Source: an uncultured Clostridia bacterium
GTDB taxonomy: Bacteria; Bacillota; Limnochordia; Darwinibacteriales; DTU012
Assembly: GCA_900019385.1 (NCBI GenBank)
Contig: FIZJ01000003.1
Location: forward strand, 42,744-106,743
Length of the DNA: 64,000 nucleotides
Direction of reading: 5' to 3'
The position numbers and the translations under genes are program-made. Under the pieces are notes generated by a model. The model had not been told where the DNA came from. It saw only the letters and a program-made list of their open reading frames with translations, and made no database searches. This document shows positions 9,531-19,010 of this stretch, one piece after another. How positions within the stretch are numbered: the stretch's first letter is position 1; every line of letters starts with the position of its first letter.

Positions 9531-10352
9531 TCAGCGCTGCACCAGGTCAGAGCGGCCCAGAGCGTCGAGGAACCTCAAGATTGGTGTCTGTTCAATAACC
9601 ACTGTCAAAGAGCCTTTCTCGGCATAGAGGTGAACGCAGGCCAAAAAAGCGAGAACAGCAAGTTTGGCCGAGCCTGGCGCTCCCATCACCCCAAGGCCCA
9701 AAAGGGCTCCCAGCACATTCGCGCCTACGTCCCCCATCATCGCCTCTCCCCGCAGGTCCCATGGCAAATAAGCCAGTACACTGGCAATGGCGACAAGCAT
9801 CACTTGGGAATAAGGGCCGGCAGTGGCAAACGGCAGCGCCGCCAGCAGAAAGAATTTGCCAGACCTGCCCGGTCGCACATCCAGCAGATTGGCAAGGTTG
9901 GCCCCCAAAGCCATATTGAGCGCATTGAGCAAAATGTCCGCAAGGCCTTTGGAACTGGGAGTCGCCGCCAAAACAGCGACAACCATGCCAAAGGCCGCTT
10001 TTAGGGCCCCGGTGGTGAGATAACCGTGCCGCAGCGTGCGAAAATGGCCTAAAAACCCTTTGGCCTCGCGGCTGCCGAGGGTGTCGTCGATCAAGCCGAG
10101 AAATGCGAATCCCAATACCGTTATAATGGCTGTCGATCCCTCGAGCCTTGGGATGTGTCCAAACAGCAGCATGGCGGTGACAGCAGGAATCACCGTCAAA
10201 CTAAAAACCAGCCCCAATCCCACAGGAATATCCCGGTTCTGGTAATTGAGCGCAGTCTGCCTCGGCCTGATCATTCTGATCAACACCGGCACCAAGCATA
10301 CTGTGGCTGCATAAACTACGGCGAAATAAAGGATGGCCCAAAACACGTTCAA
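9531..10352 (-). CDS. MraY/WecA-like polyprenyl-phosphate sugar-phosphate transferase (short, glycosyl transferase family 4)
   Basis: Multi-TM; GLIDD, ANLLDVRPGR and MMGDVGANVLG motifs; exact start uncertain. Confidence 0.75.
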   Translation of the reverse strand: MNVFWAILYFAVVYAATVCLVPVLIRMIRPRQTALNYQNRDIPVGLGLVFSLTVIPAVTAMLLFGHIPRLEGSTAIITVLGFAFLGLIDDTLGSREAKGFLGHFRTLRHGYLTTGALKAAFGMVVAVLAATPSSKGLADILLNALNMALGANLANLLDVRPGRSGKFFLLAALPFATAGPYSQVMLVAIASVLAYLPWDLRGEAMMGDVGANVLGALLGLGVMGAPGSAKLAVLAFLACVHLYAEKGSLTVVIEQTPILRFLDALGRSDLVQR

Positions 10353-11029
10353 GGATGCCTCCAAGCATGGTAAAGAACTTTTATTACCTGCCACAACTGC
10401 CTGCCTCTATGGCAAAATCCGGCCAGGCTTCGGTTTGTCGCCCGGTGTGTCAGGGGCAGTTCGATCTCCACCACCCGGTAACCGCGGCGCAGAGCATTGA
10501 TCGTCAGTGCCGCCTCAACTCCAAAGCCGGAAGCAAAACCACCGCAGTCTGCCAGCACCTTGTGACGGACCGCCCGCTGCCCCGACAATGGGCTGCGGAA
10601 TTCCCTTCCTGTAAGTCGTTTGATACCCCATCCAGCGACCGCCTTGGCTGTTCCGAAACCCATCTTGCCTCCCGAATCGGTTTGCTCATCACCGAAGGCG
10701 GCGATGCTCATATCTGCCTTATCCTCCAGCAGCGGCTTAAGCAGTGCCCCGGCATAGAAGGCGCTGGAACGCAGATCCGCGTCGAGCAAGAGGTAAATAT
10801 CGGCAGGAAAGGTACGCCAACCGGCATTCAGGGCCTCACCTTTGCCCTGGTTACGGGGCAGATCAATCACGTCCACAGGATAGCGGCGGGCGATCTGAGT
10901 GGTGGCGTCGGTGGATCCGTCGTTGATCACCACAATTTGACCTACCGAGTCAATCCTGGCCACAGCTTCGATTGTCTCGCCGATCCGATCAGCTTCGTTG
11001 TAGGCGGGAATCAACGCTGTCACCTTCAT
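10349..11029 (-). CDS. glycosyltransferase family 2
   Basis: LIPAYNE, INDGSTD, NQGKGEA, LLDAD, SGQRA and FGVE motifs. Confidence 0.9.
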   Translation of the reverse strand: MKVTALIPAYNEADRIGETIEAVARIDSVGQIVVINDGSTDATTQIARRYPVDVIDLPRNQGKGEALNAGWRTFPADIYLLLDADLRSSAFYAGALLKPLLEDKADMSIAAFGDEQTDSGGKMGFGTAKAVAGWGIKRLTGREFRSPLSGQRAVRHKVLADCGGFASGFGVEAALTINALRRGYRVVEIELPLTHRATNRSLAGFCHRGRQLWQVIKVLYHAWRHP

Positions 11030-11033
11030 GCTG

Positions 11034-11747
11034 TCACTCCGCATCCAGCGCCGGTAGGAGAGCAGTGGCGCTGCCGCGGCCGTAGACCCCGGTTGCGCCG
11101 GCACTAAGCCCCCAGACCATGGCAAGTTCTCCAAGATAAGTGTCACCGATATTGATTACCAGTGCGTCCTGCCCATAATCAGCCAGGTTTGTCCCGGAAG
11201 TGAAAGGCTGCAGAATGCATACCTGCCACTTGAGGGTTTTCATGTAGTCGAGCACCTGTTTAGCCTCGCCTTGAAACTCTTGGTCAACCCAGGCCACAGC
11301 AATCGGGTTTTCCAGGTTCAGTGCCGCAAGCTCGGCAGCAAAAGTCTCCACGTCATCAGCTTCGCTCGGCCACCGGTAAGCGGCGTGAATCTTGGCTCCG
11401 GCATCGTTTAGGACAGTGGCCAGGCGCTTTGCCGATGTGCTGTCTGTGTTGGTGAACAGGACAATTTGGCGATCTGAGAGCATTCCGGCGATCAACGCGC
11501 CGCGAATTAGTGCCCAACCCTCGTTGAGCAGTGCTTCCTTCAACTCCGCTTGTCTAAGATCCGCCTGCAGTTCTTTGGTCTTGTTCTGCAGTTGGGCAAA
11601 CTTGCTCTCCAGCTCGTTGATAATACTGTTCTGCTCCTTGACGAGCAAGTCGTCCTGGAAGATGATGCTGCCTACCAGGATTCCCAGAAACAGGCTGAAG
11701 AAAACCGCCACCAAAGTGGCCACATGATACCGAAAGCCGATGTGCAC
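11034..11747 (-). CDS. SteB/MctB-like protein (DUF3186)
   Basis: FRYHVATLVAVFFSLFLGILVG N-terminus followed by a coiled coil; directly downstream of steA. Confidence 0.8.
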   Translation of the reverse strand: MHIGFRYHVATLVAVFFSLFLGILVGSIIFQDDLLVKEQNSIINELESKFAQLQNKTKELQADLRQAELKEALLNEGWALIRGALIAGMLSDRQIVLFTNTDSTSAKRLATVLNDAGAKIHAAYRWPSEADDVETFAAELAALNLENPIAVAWVDQEFQGEAKQVLDYMKTLKWQVCILQPFTSGTNLADYGQDALVINIGDTYLGELAMVWGLSAGATGVYGRGSATALLPALDAE

Positions 11748-11750
11748 TGG

Positions 11751-12872
11751 TCACAACCCTCCTAAGAACAGCCTCAGCTCCAGCCAGAAAAGCCTGAAGA
11801 GATCCCGCCAAGATGTCGCCAGCGCCAACAGCAGAATCACTGGGATCAATGCGGCAATCAAGAGCGGAACATGGAGCAGTCCTGATCTTCCGGTGTACAG
11901 CCTGCTGACCCCCTTGGCATCCACCAGAATCGACCCTACTTTCATCCTGGTCAAAAACGTCGAAGCCATACCCTGCCTGCCTTTTTCCAAAAAGTCAATC
12001 AGGTTTGAATGCAGCCCTACCGCCACAATCAGCTGCGCTCCCGACTCATAGGCCAAAAGCAGCGCGATGTCTTCGCTGGTCCCTGGAGCGGGAAACACTT
12101 TGTAGTCGACATCCAGCTCACTCAGCCTCCGCGCGCCCGGGCTTCTCCCATCCTGATAGGCGTGGACCAGGATTTCCGCACCGCAGCGAAGGGCTTCCTC
12201 TGTGACACTGTCCATATCGCCGATGATCAGGTCCGGTTTCAACCCGAACTCCAGCAGTGCGTCCGCACCACCGTCGACACCGATCAACACCGGCTTCATG
12301 TCTTCGATATAGGCGGCGATTGCTTCCAGATCCGCCCGATAACTGGCGCCCCGCACCACGATCACCACATGCTTGTCGAGAAGTTTGGTCCGGATCTTGG
12401 GAATAATCATCCTGTCCAGGATCAGATCCTTTTCCTTCTGCACATGAGCAATGGTATTGTCCACGAACTTGGAAACTTCCAAGTCCAGATTCTTACGGGC
12501 CTGTTCCATCATCTGCTCGATCAATTCAGGTGTGAGCATGCGCCCACGGGCCACAAGCTCCCCGCCGCGGTAAATTTTGTCACCGCTGATTCGGAGGTAG
12601 TCCCCGTTCTGGACTAGTTCGAACACTCTTTCTCCCAGACAGTCGATGATGGAAACACCGCACTCCGACAGAAGCTGAGGGCCCAGGTTTGGATAACGCC
12701 CTGTGATGGAGTCGGCGGCGTTGAGGACCACACGGACGCCGCAGTCAACGAGCTGCTGAGCTCCCAAGGCATCAAGATCAGCATGATCAATGATGGGGAT
12801 CTCTCTTGGTTGGAGGCACTTGACCAATTCTTTGGTTTTTCGGCCCAGTCGTGCTCTGCCGCTGTGATCCAT
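11751..12872 (-). CDS. steA: SteA-like protein (thiamine pyrophosphokinase-like domain, C-terminal TM)
   Basis: IIDHADLD, SITGRYPNLGP, IGVDGGADAL, IGDMDSV and DFLEKGRQGMASTFLTRMKVG. Confidence 0.85.
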   Translation of the reverse strand: MDHSGRARLGRKTKELVKCLQPREIPIIDHADLDALGAQQLVDCGVRVVLNAADSITGRYPNLGPQLLSECGVSIIDCLGERVFELVQNGDYLRISGDKIYRGGELVARGRMLTPELIEQMMEQARKNLDLEVSKFVDNTIAHVQKEKDLILDRMIIPKIRTKLLDKHVVIVVRGASYRADLEAIAAYIEDMKPVLIGVDGGADALLEFGLKPDLIIGDMDSVTEEALRCGAEILVHAYQDGRSPGARRLSELDVDYKVFPAPGTSEDIALLLAYESGAQLIVAVGLHSNLIDFLEKGRQGMASTFLTRMKVGSILVDAKGVSRLYTGRSGLLHVPLLIAALIPVILLLALATSWRDLFRLFWLELRLFLGGL

Positions 12873-12954
12873 CGCCCGCACCCCAATAAAAAGCGTAAGG
12901 ACGAAGAAAATGCTCTCCGTCCTTCCTAATATTGACCATTGCCTGCAGGTTTAG

Positions 12955-13707
12955 TCATGGGAGGGAAAACCTCATCTTGATAATGTCTGCCATTTTGGCG
13001 ATAAAAGCAGAATTGGTAGGCTTGCCTTTAGCCGGGTCTATCGCATAGGGAAAAAGTGTGTGCAGTTGGTCGAGATCCCCCTTGGTCCATGCCGCGTCGA
13101 TGGCATAGCGGATCGCCCGCTCCACCTGGCCCGCCGTGGCCCCATGCTGCCTGGCCACAGCTGGGTATAGGTGTTTGGTGATTCCGTTCAACCATGATTG
13201 ATCCTGACTGGCGAGGAGAACTGCGTCAAGCAGATAATGGTAGCCCTGATAATGCGGCGGTATTCCGAGCCGGCTCAGGCAATCCGCCGCGAACTGCTGG
13301 ATGTGGGCACGAGCCCGGCCGTAACGGGAGTTTAACTCAGCGCTGTGGTAGTAATGGACGAGCTTGATTCTCTCAACCAAGGTCTCTGGCTGGAATGGCT
13401 TGATCAGATAATAGGCCGCTCCCACTTCGCGCAGCTTGTGCACAAACCGGTCATCCTCGATTCTCGACATCACCAGGACTTGAGCCTCAGGCTGCCGCTC
13501 AATGAGTGCCTGAATCAGGCCGATGCCCCGCTCAACGGGATGCATGCAGTCCATAACCACAACATGCGGCTGAATGCCCGCTGCCAGATCCAACAAGTCC
13601 TGGTCACCTTCAGCTGCGAACACCTTGATGTCATCGCCGCGCTGGAGTTTTTCCCGGAGCATGCGGCAGAATTCCTGATCGTCATCGCGAAGCACAACCT
13701 TGATCAA
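12955..13707 (-). CDS. spo0A: sporulation master regulator Spo0A (divergent)
   Basis: Receiver domain (DDD, D53, KPF) plus Spo0A C-domain (ITKHLYP, VERAIR, KPTNS); located after spoIVB. Confidence 0.9.
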   Translation of the reverse strand: MIKVVLRDDDQEFCRMLREKLQRGDDIKVFAAEGDQDLLDLAAGIQPHVVVMDCMHPVERGIGLIQALIERQPEAQVLVMSRIEDDRFVHKLREVGAAYYLIKPFQPETLVERIKLVHYYHSAELNSRYGRARAHIQQFAADCLSRLGIPPHYQGYHYLLDAVLLASQDQSWLNGITKHLYPAVARQHGATAGQVERAIRYAIDAAWTKGDLDQLHTLFPYAIDPAKGKPTNSAFIAKMADIIKMRFSLP

Positions 13708-13740
13708 CTGCAGGCACCTCCCATCCTCGGCACTCTGAAA

Positions 13741-13767
13741 ATTCGCTAAACGGTGCCTGATTCCTGC
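13741..13767 (-). promoter_or_regulatory. sigma-H promoter of spo0A
   Basis: gcAGGAAT-N15-GAATtt, a close match to the sigma-H consensus. Confidence 0.75.
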
Positions 13768-13776
13768 CGCCCTCCA

Positions 13777-15063
13777 CTAACTGGCCTTTGCCAGGCTTTC
13801 GCTAATTCCTGATTCGTATACCATCCATTCTATGAATCCTCCATAGCCCATCCGCGGATCATTGACAAAGACATGGGTAATGGCGCCGATCAGTTTCCCG
13901 TTCTGCACAATCGGGCTGCCGCTCATGCCTTGAATGATGCCTCCTGTTGTGCCGAGGAGGACAGGATCCGTCACCCTCAGGATCATCCCTTTGTCATCAG
14001 GCTGGGATTGGCGGTAAACCTTGGTGATTTCCACATCGAACTCCTGAATCCGGTCCCCGTCGATAACCGTGTAGATTTTGGCAGGGCCTGGCTTGACCTC
14101 ATGGTTGAAGGCGATGGGAATCGGCGCGGTGAAATAAGGGTTGTCCAGTTTGGCCGAAAGATGCCCGAAAATGCCGAACTTGGAGTTCTTGTCGATTGAG
14201 CCGATGACAGCGTCATCCACAAAAACACCCAGCTTTTCCCCGGGCATGCCCCGCATTCCCTGCCTGATACTCTCGATGCTGGCACTTACAATACTGCCGT
14301 CGGTAATCTCCACACTGCGGCCAAGGCTGTCGGTGATCGTATGGCCCAAAGCACCGTATCTTCCTGAATCATGATCGAAGAAGGTCAGTGTCCCCACACC
14401 GCTGGCGGGGTCCTCCAAGAACACTCCCATCAGGTAAACCTGGCGCTGTCCGCCCTTGAAATCTTCCTGCAGCGACAATACTGGTCTGATCACGGTTGTC
14501 ATCGGCTCTCCATACCGCTGGTATTCAACGGTGAGAGTCTGGAATTTTGGCGCAAGCTCATTGATGATCTGCCCCACTTGCTCCGGGCGGGTGACTTTTC
14601 TGCCATTGATAGCTGTAATCAAATCCCCCGGCTGCAGCCCTGCCTCCACCGCGGGGTAATACTCTCCACCGTCAATACCCTTCACGGGTACTATGCGGCT
14701 GATCACCAATCCGACTGGGTTGACCATTACCCCGATGGAATGGCCCCCGGGAAAAAGCAGCACTTCCGGGACCACATCCACCACCAGTTCCCTCACAGGG
14801 ATAAAGCCGAACAGATACAGCTGAAAATGCTGTTTGCCAACTTGATCCGCCCGTAAAAAAAACTTCCCCTCCGGTGTGGGGACATGCAAGCCATCGCCGT
14901 CCACCAACCGGAATGGAAGTTGAACTGACAATGAAAGTTCGGTCCCAGGAAACAGCCTGATTTCGCCGGGAATCCCTGACATACTCGCCAAAGCCAATGT
15001 GGAAAGCAATCCAAACCCGATTAGTGCAGGTATGAGTAGCAGCCAATAGTACCGTTTGTTCAC
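13777..15063 (-). CDS. spoIVB: SpoIVB serine peptidase (PDZ plus S55)
   Basis: GVGTLTF, YGALGH, TGGIIQGMSGSPIVQNGKLIGAITHV. Confidence 0.95.
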   Translation of the reverse strand: MNKRYYWLLLIPALIGFGLLSTLALASMSGIPGEIRLFPGTELSLSVQLPFRLVDGDGLHVPTPEGKFFLRADQVGKQHFQLYLFGFIPVRELVVDVVPEVLLFPGGHSIGVMVNPVGLVISRIVPVKGIDGGEYYPAVEAGLQPGDLITAINGRKVTRPEQVGQIINELAPKFQTLTVEYQRYGEPMTTVIRPVLSLQEDFKGGQRQVYLMGVFLEDPASGVGTLTFFDHDSGRYGALGHTITDSLGRSVEITDGSIVSASIESIRQGMRGMPGEKLGVFVDDAVIGSIDKNSKFGIFGHLSAKLDNPYFTAPIPIAFNHEVKPGPAKIYTVIDGDRIQEFDVEITKVYRQSQPDDKGMILRVTDPVLLGTTGGIIQGMSGSPIVQNGKLIGAITHVFVNDPRMGYGGFIEWMVYESGISESLAKAS

Positions 15064-15134
15064 ACCCGGATACTCCCCTCGCAAAAATCATCTGCTTGTA
15101 TCGTACCCGGGTTGGTTTGGTTATATTTCAGGAA

Positions 15135-16805
15135 CTAGCTGGTATTCGCCTGTTTCAACAGCTCTTTGGCGTGGGCGGCGGTGGCTTCTTGGCCCGATTG
15201 CCCCCCCAGCATCCGCACCAACTCATCAATTCTTTCCTGCTCATCCAAGAGAGTTACAGAGACACTGGTCCTACCGTCCTTCTCGTGCTTTTCCACATAG
15301 TAATGATGCTCGGCAAAACTGGCGACCACAGGCAGGTGTGTCACGACAAACACCTGGAACTGCCTGCTTAAGTGCCGCAGCTTCTGAGCCACACTGCGGG
15401 CGGTCCGGCCGCCGATCCCGCTGTCCACTTCATCAAAAACTAGAGCCGGAATCCGATCGATCTCCACCAGGCAGTTCTTCAGCGCCAGCATGACGCGGGA
15501 CATTTCACCACCTGACGCGATTTTTGCCAGCGGTTTCAGCTCTTCGCCCACATTTGGCGCAATCATGAACTCCACCGCATCGATGCCTGTCTCGTTCAGA
15601 GGCTGATCTGTAATCCGCACCTCGAACCTGGTGCCTTCCATGTTCAGGTCCGCCAAATGCTTCTCTATCTGCTGCTGCAGAATCTTGGCATAGTGCCGCC
15701 GCTTTTGCCTCAGCTCACCGGCAAGCCCGGCCAGTTCCCGGTTGATGGCTTCTTCTTCCGTTTTCAGTTTCTCAATCGTGATTTCACTCTCGAGAAGCAC
15801 CTCTAGCTCCTGCCTGATTTGGTCGGCATAAGCCAGTATTGCCGCTTCACTTTCGCCGTACTTGCGCTTCAGTGTCCTTAGAAGAGCCAGCCTGTTCTCA
15901 ATCTGCTCCAGCGCCTCAGGATCCCGATCGAACTCTTCGAGGTATTGGCGCAGATCCCGGGATCCTTCCTCAAGCTGGATCAGGGCTTGGTTGAACAGCT
16001 CAAGAACAGGCGCGATCTTAGAATCATAGCGGGTCAGGGAACTGAGTTCGGTGACAGCCTGAGCCAGCTGATCGTACAACGGCGGCTGATCTGTGTGTTC
16101 CTGCAGCCTGGCATAAACACTTTCAGCTGTGGTGGTGATCCGCTCGATGTTGGCCAGGCGCTGCTGCTGCTGCACCAGTTCCGCTTCCTCCCCGACTCTC
16201 AACTTGGCCTGATCAATTTCATTGATCTGAAACTGCAGCAGATCAATGCGGACCAACCGCTCCCGTTCCTGATTCTGGAGGCGCTCCCTTTCTCTCTTGA
16301 TTTCAATGTATTTCTGATGCCTGTCCGCCACCAACCGGCGCAGGTCTTGCAGTTCGGCCCCGCCAAAGGCATCGAGCATGTCCAGATGACGCGAGACATC
16401 AAGCAGGCTTTGATGATCGTGCTGGCCAAGGATGTCCACTAAAGCTCTTCCAAGCTGTGAAAGCTGGTTGACCGTCACCAGGCTGCCGTTCAGCCAGCAG
16501 CGGTTCCGCCCACTGCGGTGAATTTCGCGGGTGATGATCAGTTCCGAATCGATACCGATCCCCCACTCGGCAAGCAGGGGACAAACTGGCTGCGGTATGC
16601 TGAAAACACCCTCAACCACCGCCCGTTCACAGCCGGTGCGGATCATCTCCAACGAAGCCCGGGCCCCCAACAGCAAACTCAAAGCATCGATGATGATGGA
16701 TTTCCCGGCCCCGGTTTCGCCGGTGAGCACGCTGAAACCTTCGTAAAACGACAAATGAACTTGTTCAATGAGGGCAAAATCCCGAATCTGCAGTTCTTTC
16801 AGCAT
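15135..16805 (-). CDS. recN: DNA repair protein RecN
   Basis: LTGETGAGKS, ASGGEMSR, FDEVDSG and VTHLP. Confidence 0.97.
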   Translation of the reverse strand: MLKELQIRDFALIEQVHLSFYEGFSVLTGETGAGKSIIIDALSLLLGARASLEMIRTGCERAVVEGVFSIPQPVCPLLAEWGIGIDSELIITREIHRSGRNRCWLNGSLVTVNQLSQLGRALVDILGQHDHQSLLDVSRHLDMLDAFGGAELQDLRRLVADRHQKYIEIKRERERLQNQERERLVRIDLLQFQINEIDQAKLRVGEEAELVQQQQRLANIERITTTAESVYARLQEHTDQPPLYDQLAQAVTELSSLTRYDSKIAPVLELFNQALIQLEEGSRDLRQYLEEFDRDPEALEQIENRLALLRTLKRKYGESEAAILAYADQIRQELEVLLESEITIEKLKTEEEAINRELAGLAGELRQKRRHYAKILQQQIEKHLADLNMEGTRFEVRITDQPLNETGIDAVEFMIAPNVGEELKPLAKIASGGEMSRVMLALKNCLVEIDRIPALVFDEVDSGIGGRTARSVAQKLRHLSRQFQVFVVTHLPVVASFAEHHYYVEKHEKDGRTSVSVTLLDEQERIDELVRMLGGQSGQEATAAHAKELLKQANTS

Positions 16806-16816
16806 CCTTCGTCACC

Positions 16817-17302
16817 TCAGTGGCCGTAAAGCAGGTCTTCCAGTCTGCGGTACAGTTCTCCAGCGACGCCCTTGGGCCTTTTCAGGCTCTGCTCGGCTTC
16901 GCTGCGCACCACCAAAAATATCACATCGTCGCCGGCCAAAGATGCAATCACACCTTCCCACTGCAGCTCGTCCAAAACAGCCGCCACTGCGTTCGCGCCC
17001 CCGGGATATGTCTTGATGATCAGCAGATTGCCGCTGAAATCAATTCCCCGAACGTAGTCCTCAAAGACCCGCCGGGCGCGCCGGTTTAGATCGCCTTTGC
17101 CAGCACCCTGCGGCAGGGCGTACTTGTAGCCGCCTTTCCCATCGGGGACCTTGGCCAGCCGCAGTTCTTTAATATCCCTGGACACAGTGGCCTGAGTCAC
17201 CCTGAACCCAGCTTGATGCAGATATCCCATCAGTTCTTCCTGGGTTTCAACGGCCCGGTCTTTGATCAGTTGTAAAAGATACTGTTGACGCCTGCTTTTC
17301 AC
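16817..17302 (-). CDS. argR: arginine repressor
   Basis: TQEEL, VTQATVSRDIKEL and AGDD. Confidence 0.95.
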   Translation of the reverse strand: MKSRRQQYLLQLIKDRAVETQEELMGYLHQAGFRVTQATVSRDIKELRLAKVPDGKGGYKYALPQGAGKGDLNRRARRVFEDYVRGIDFSGNLLIIKTYPGGANAVAAVLDELQWEGVIASLAGDDVIFLVVRSEAEQSLKRPKGVAGELYRRLEDLLYGH

Positions 17303-18186
17303 TGGTCGTAATCCTTTCTGCTCATGATTGTTTTTAACCGGCTATTGAGAATCGTGAAAAAATTCCGCTCCTGCAGCTTGACAAATCTGGCCTTGACGTC
17401 AGCCTTGGTTACTTCCACTTGATCACCGCTCTGAAGAGGAAACCCCGCCTGCCCGTCGATGGTCAGCATGATATCTTTATGGCTCGCTTCCACAATGACC
17501 TTGACCACAGCATCGTGATGGACAATCACGGAGCGGGCCGCCAGAGTGTGCGGACAAATCGGCGTGATAATCAGGCAATCCAACTGCGGTTCGACAATCG
17601 GACCCCCGGCCGAGAGTGAATAAGCCGTAGAACCGGTCGGAGTCGCCACGATGATTCCATCGGCTTGATAGTCCACAACCGGCTGATTGTCCACAAGCGT
17701 TCTCACCTGGATGATCCTGGCAAAAGTGCCGCGGGCGATCACCGCGTCATTCAAAGCCCTGTAGCTTGCCACCGTTTGGCCGCCGCGGATGATCCTACAT
17801 GTGATAAACATTCGTTCTTCTATTTTGTATTCCTTGTTAATCAGGGCTGCCAAAGCAAACTCCAGCTTATCGGTTTCCAACTCTGTCAGGAAACCAAGAT
17901 GGCCCACATTTACGCCTAGAATCGGCAGCTCATACTCGGCAGCATCCCTTGCTGCCCTGAGCAGCGTTCCGTCCCCTCCCAACACCAATAGGACATCCAG
18001 CTCCGCAAGCTGCCCCGGCTTCCAGGGAAGATCCGCCCGGTGAATCAGCTGCGCCGCCTTCGGATCCACCCAAGGTGTGATTCCCCGTGCCTCCAAGTAT
18101 TCAACGGCCTGTTTTGTCAGCGCCAGTGCCTGCTTCTTCCCTATATGCGGCATGATGCCAAGCCTGATCAGAATCTCCACCCCCAT
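17299..18186 (-). CDS. nadK: NAD kinase
   Basis: GGDGTLL, GHLGFL, ALND and TPTGSTAYSLSAGGP. Confidence 0.95.
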   Translation of the reverse strand: MGVEILIRLGIMPHIGKKQALALTKQAVEYLEARGITPWVDPKAAQLIHRADLPWKPGQLAELDVLLVLGGDGTLLRAARDAAEYELPILGVNVGHLGFLTELETDKLEFALAALINKEYKIEERMFITCRIIRGGQTVASYRALNDAVIARGTFARIIQVRTLVDNQPVVDYQADGIIVATPTGSTAYSLSAGGPIVEPQLDCLIITPICPHTLAARSVIVHHDAVVKVIVEASHKDIMLTIDGQAGFPLQSGDQVEVTKADVKARFVKLQERNFFTILNSRLKTIMSRKDYDQ

Positions 18187-18998
18187 TTGTTAAGCTCCTG
18201 ATCAGCGGCCACAGCCTTTAGTGTCTCCTCCACAAGCTGGGTATGATCAATGATCGGAGCCAGTTTGCCAAAATACGACAAGTATTCGATATTCCCCTCT
18301 GGGCCGAGGATCGGCGAATAGTCAAGGTTGATAAGGCCTGCGCCGCATTCCTGCAGCTCTTTCACAAGCTCGAGCAGCAGCCGCTGGTGGACGCCGGGAT
18401 CCCGTACGACCCCCTTTTTTCCCACCAACTCTCTGCCGACTTCAAATTGGGGCTTAATCAAGGCGACGACTCGGCCTTGGTCTGTTAGCAGCCGCAGCAA
18501 GCTGCCGAAAAATTTGGTCAGGGAGATAAAGGAAACATCAACCACTGCTAAATCCGCCAGTTCATCCAGGGCATCTTTTGCCAGGTAGCGGATGTTGGTC
18601 CGCTCCATCACCACGACACGGGGATCGTTCCTCAACTTCCAGTCCAACTGCCCATACCCCACATCCACCGCGTACACCTTGGCAGCGCCGTTTTGAAGCA
18701 GGCAGTCGGTGAATCCTCCAGTGGATGCTCCCACGTCGATAGCGGTCAGGCCCCGGACATCAATTTGGAAGACGTCCAGCGCTTTGGCCAGTTTTAACCC
18801 GCCGCGGCTGACGTAGGGATGGAGACTGCCCCGAACCTCGATCAAGGCTTCGAGATCCACTGAAGTGCCTGGCTTTTCGGTCTTTTTGCCATCAACATAG
18901 ACTAACCCAGCCATGATTGACCGCCGAGCTTGTTCCCGCGAAGAGAACAAACCTTTGTCCACCAAAAGCTGGTCGATACGCTTCTTTGCCTTGGCCAT
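18168..18998 (-). CDS. tlyA: TlyA family rRNA 2'-O-methyltransferase
   Basis: S4 domain, YVSRGGLKL, DVGASTGGFTD, DVSFISL and KPQFE. Confidence 0.95.
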   Translation of the reverse strand: MAKAKKRIDQLLVDKGLFSSREQARRSIMAGLVYVDGKKTEKPGTSVDLEALIEVRGSLHPYVSRGGLKLAKALDVFQIDVRGLTAIDVGASTGGFTDCLLQNGAAKVYAVDVGYGQLDWKLRNDPRVVVMERTNIRYLAKDALDELADLAVVDVSFISLTKFFGSLLRLLTDQGRVVALIKPQFEVGRELVGKKGVVRDPGVHQRLLLELVKELQECGAGLINLDYSPILGPEGNIEYLSYFGKLAPIIDHTQLVEETLKAVAADQELNKWGWRF

Positions 18999-19010
18999 GG
19001 TCCTCGTCCT

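Noticed and set aside
11034..11747. Literal annotation as an outer-membrane copper channel (MctB)
   Set aside because: This family is now better understood as SteB, the partner of SteA, and no copper-related genes are nearby
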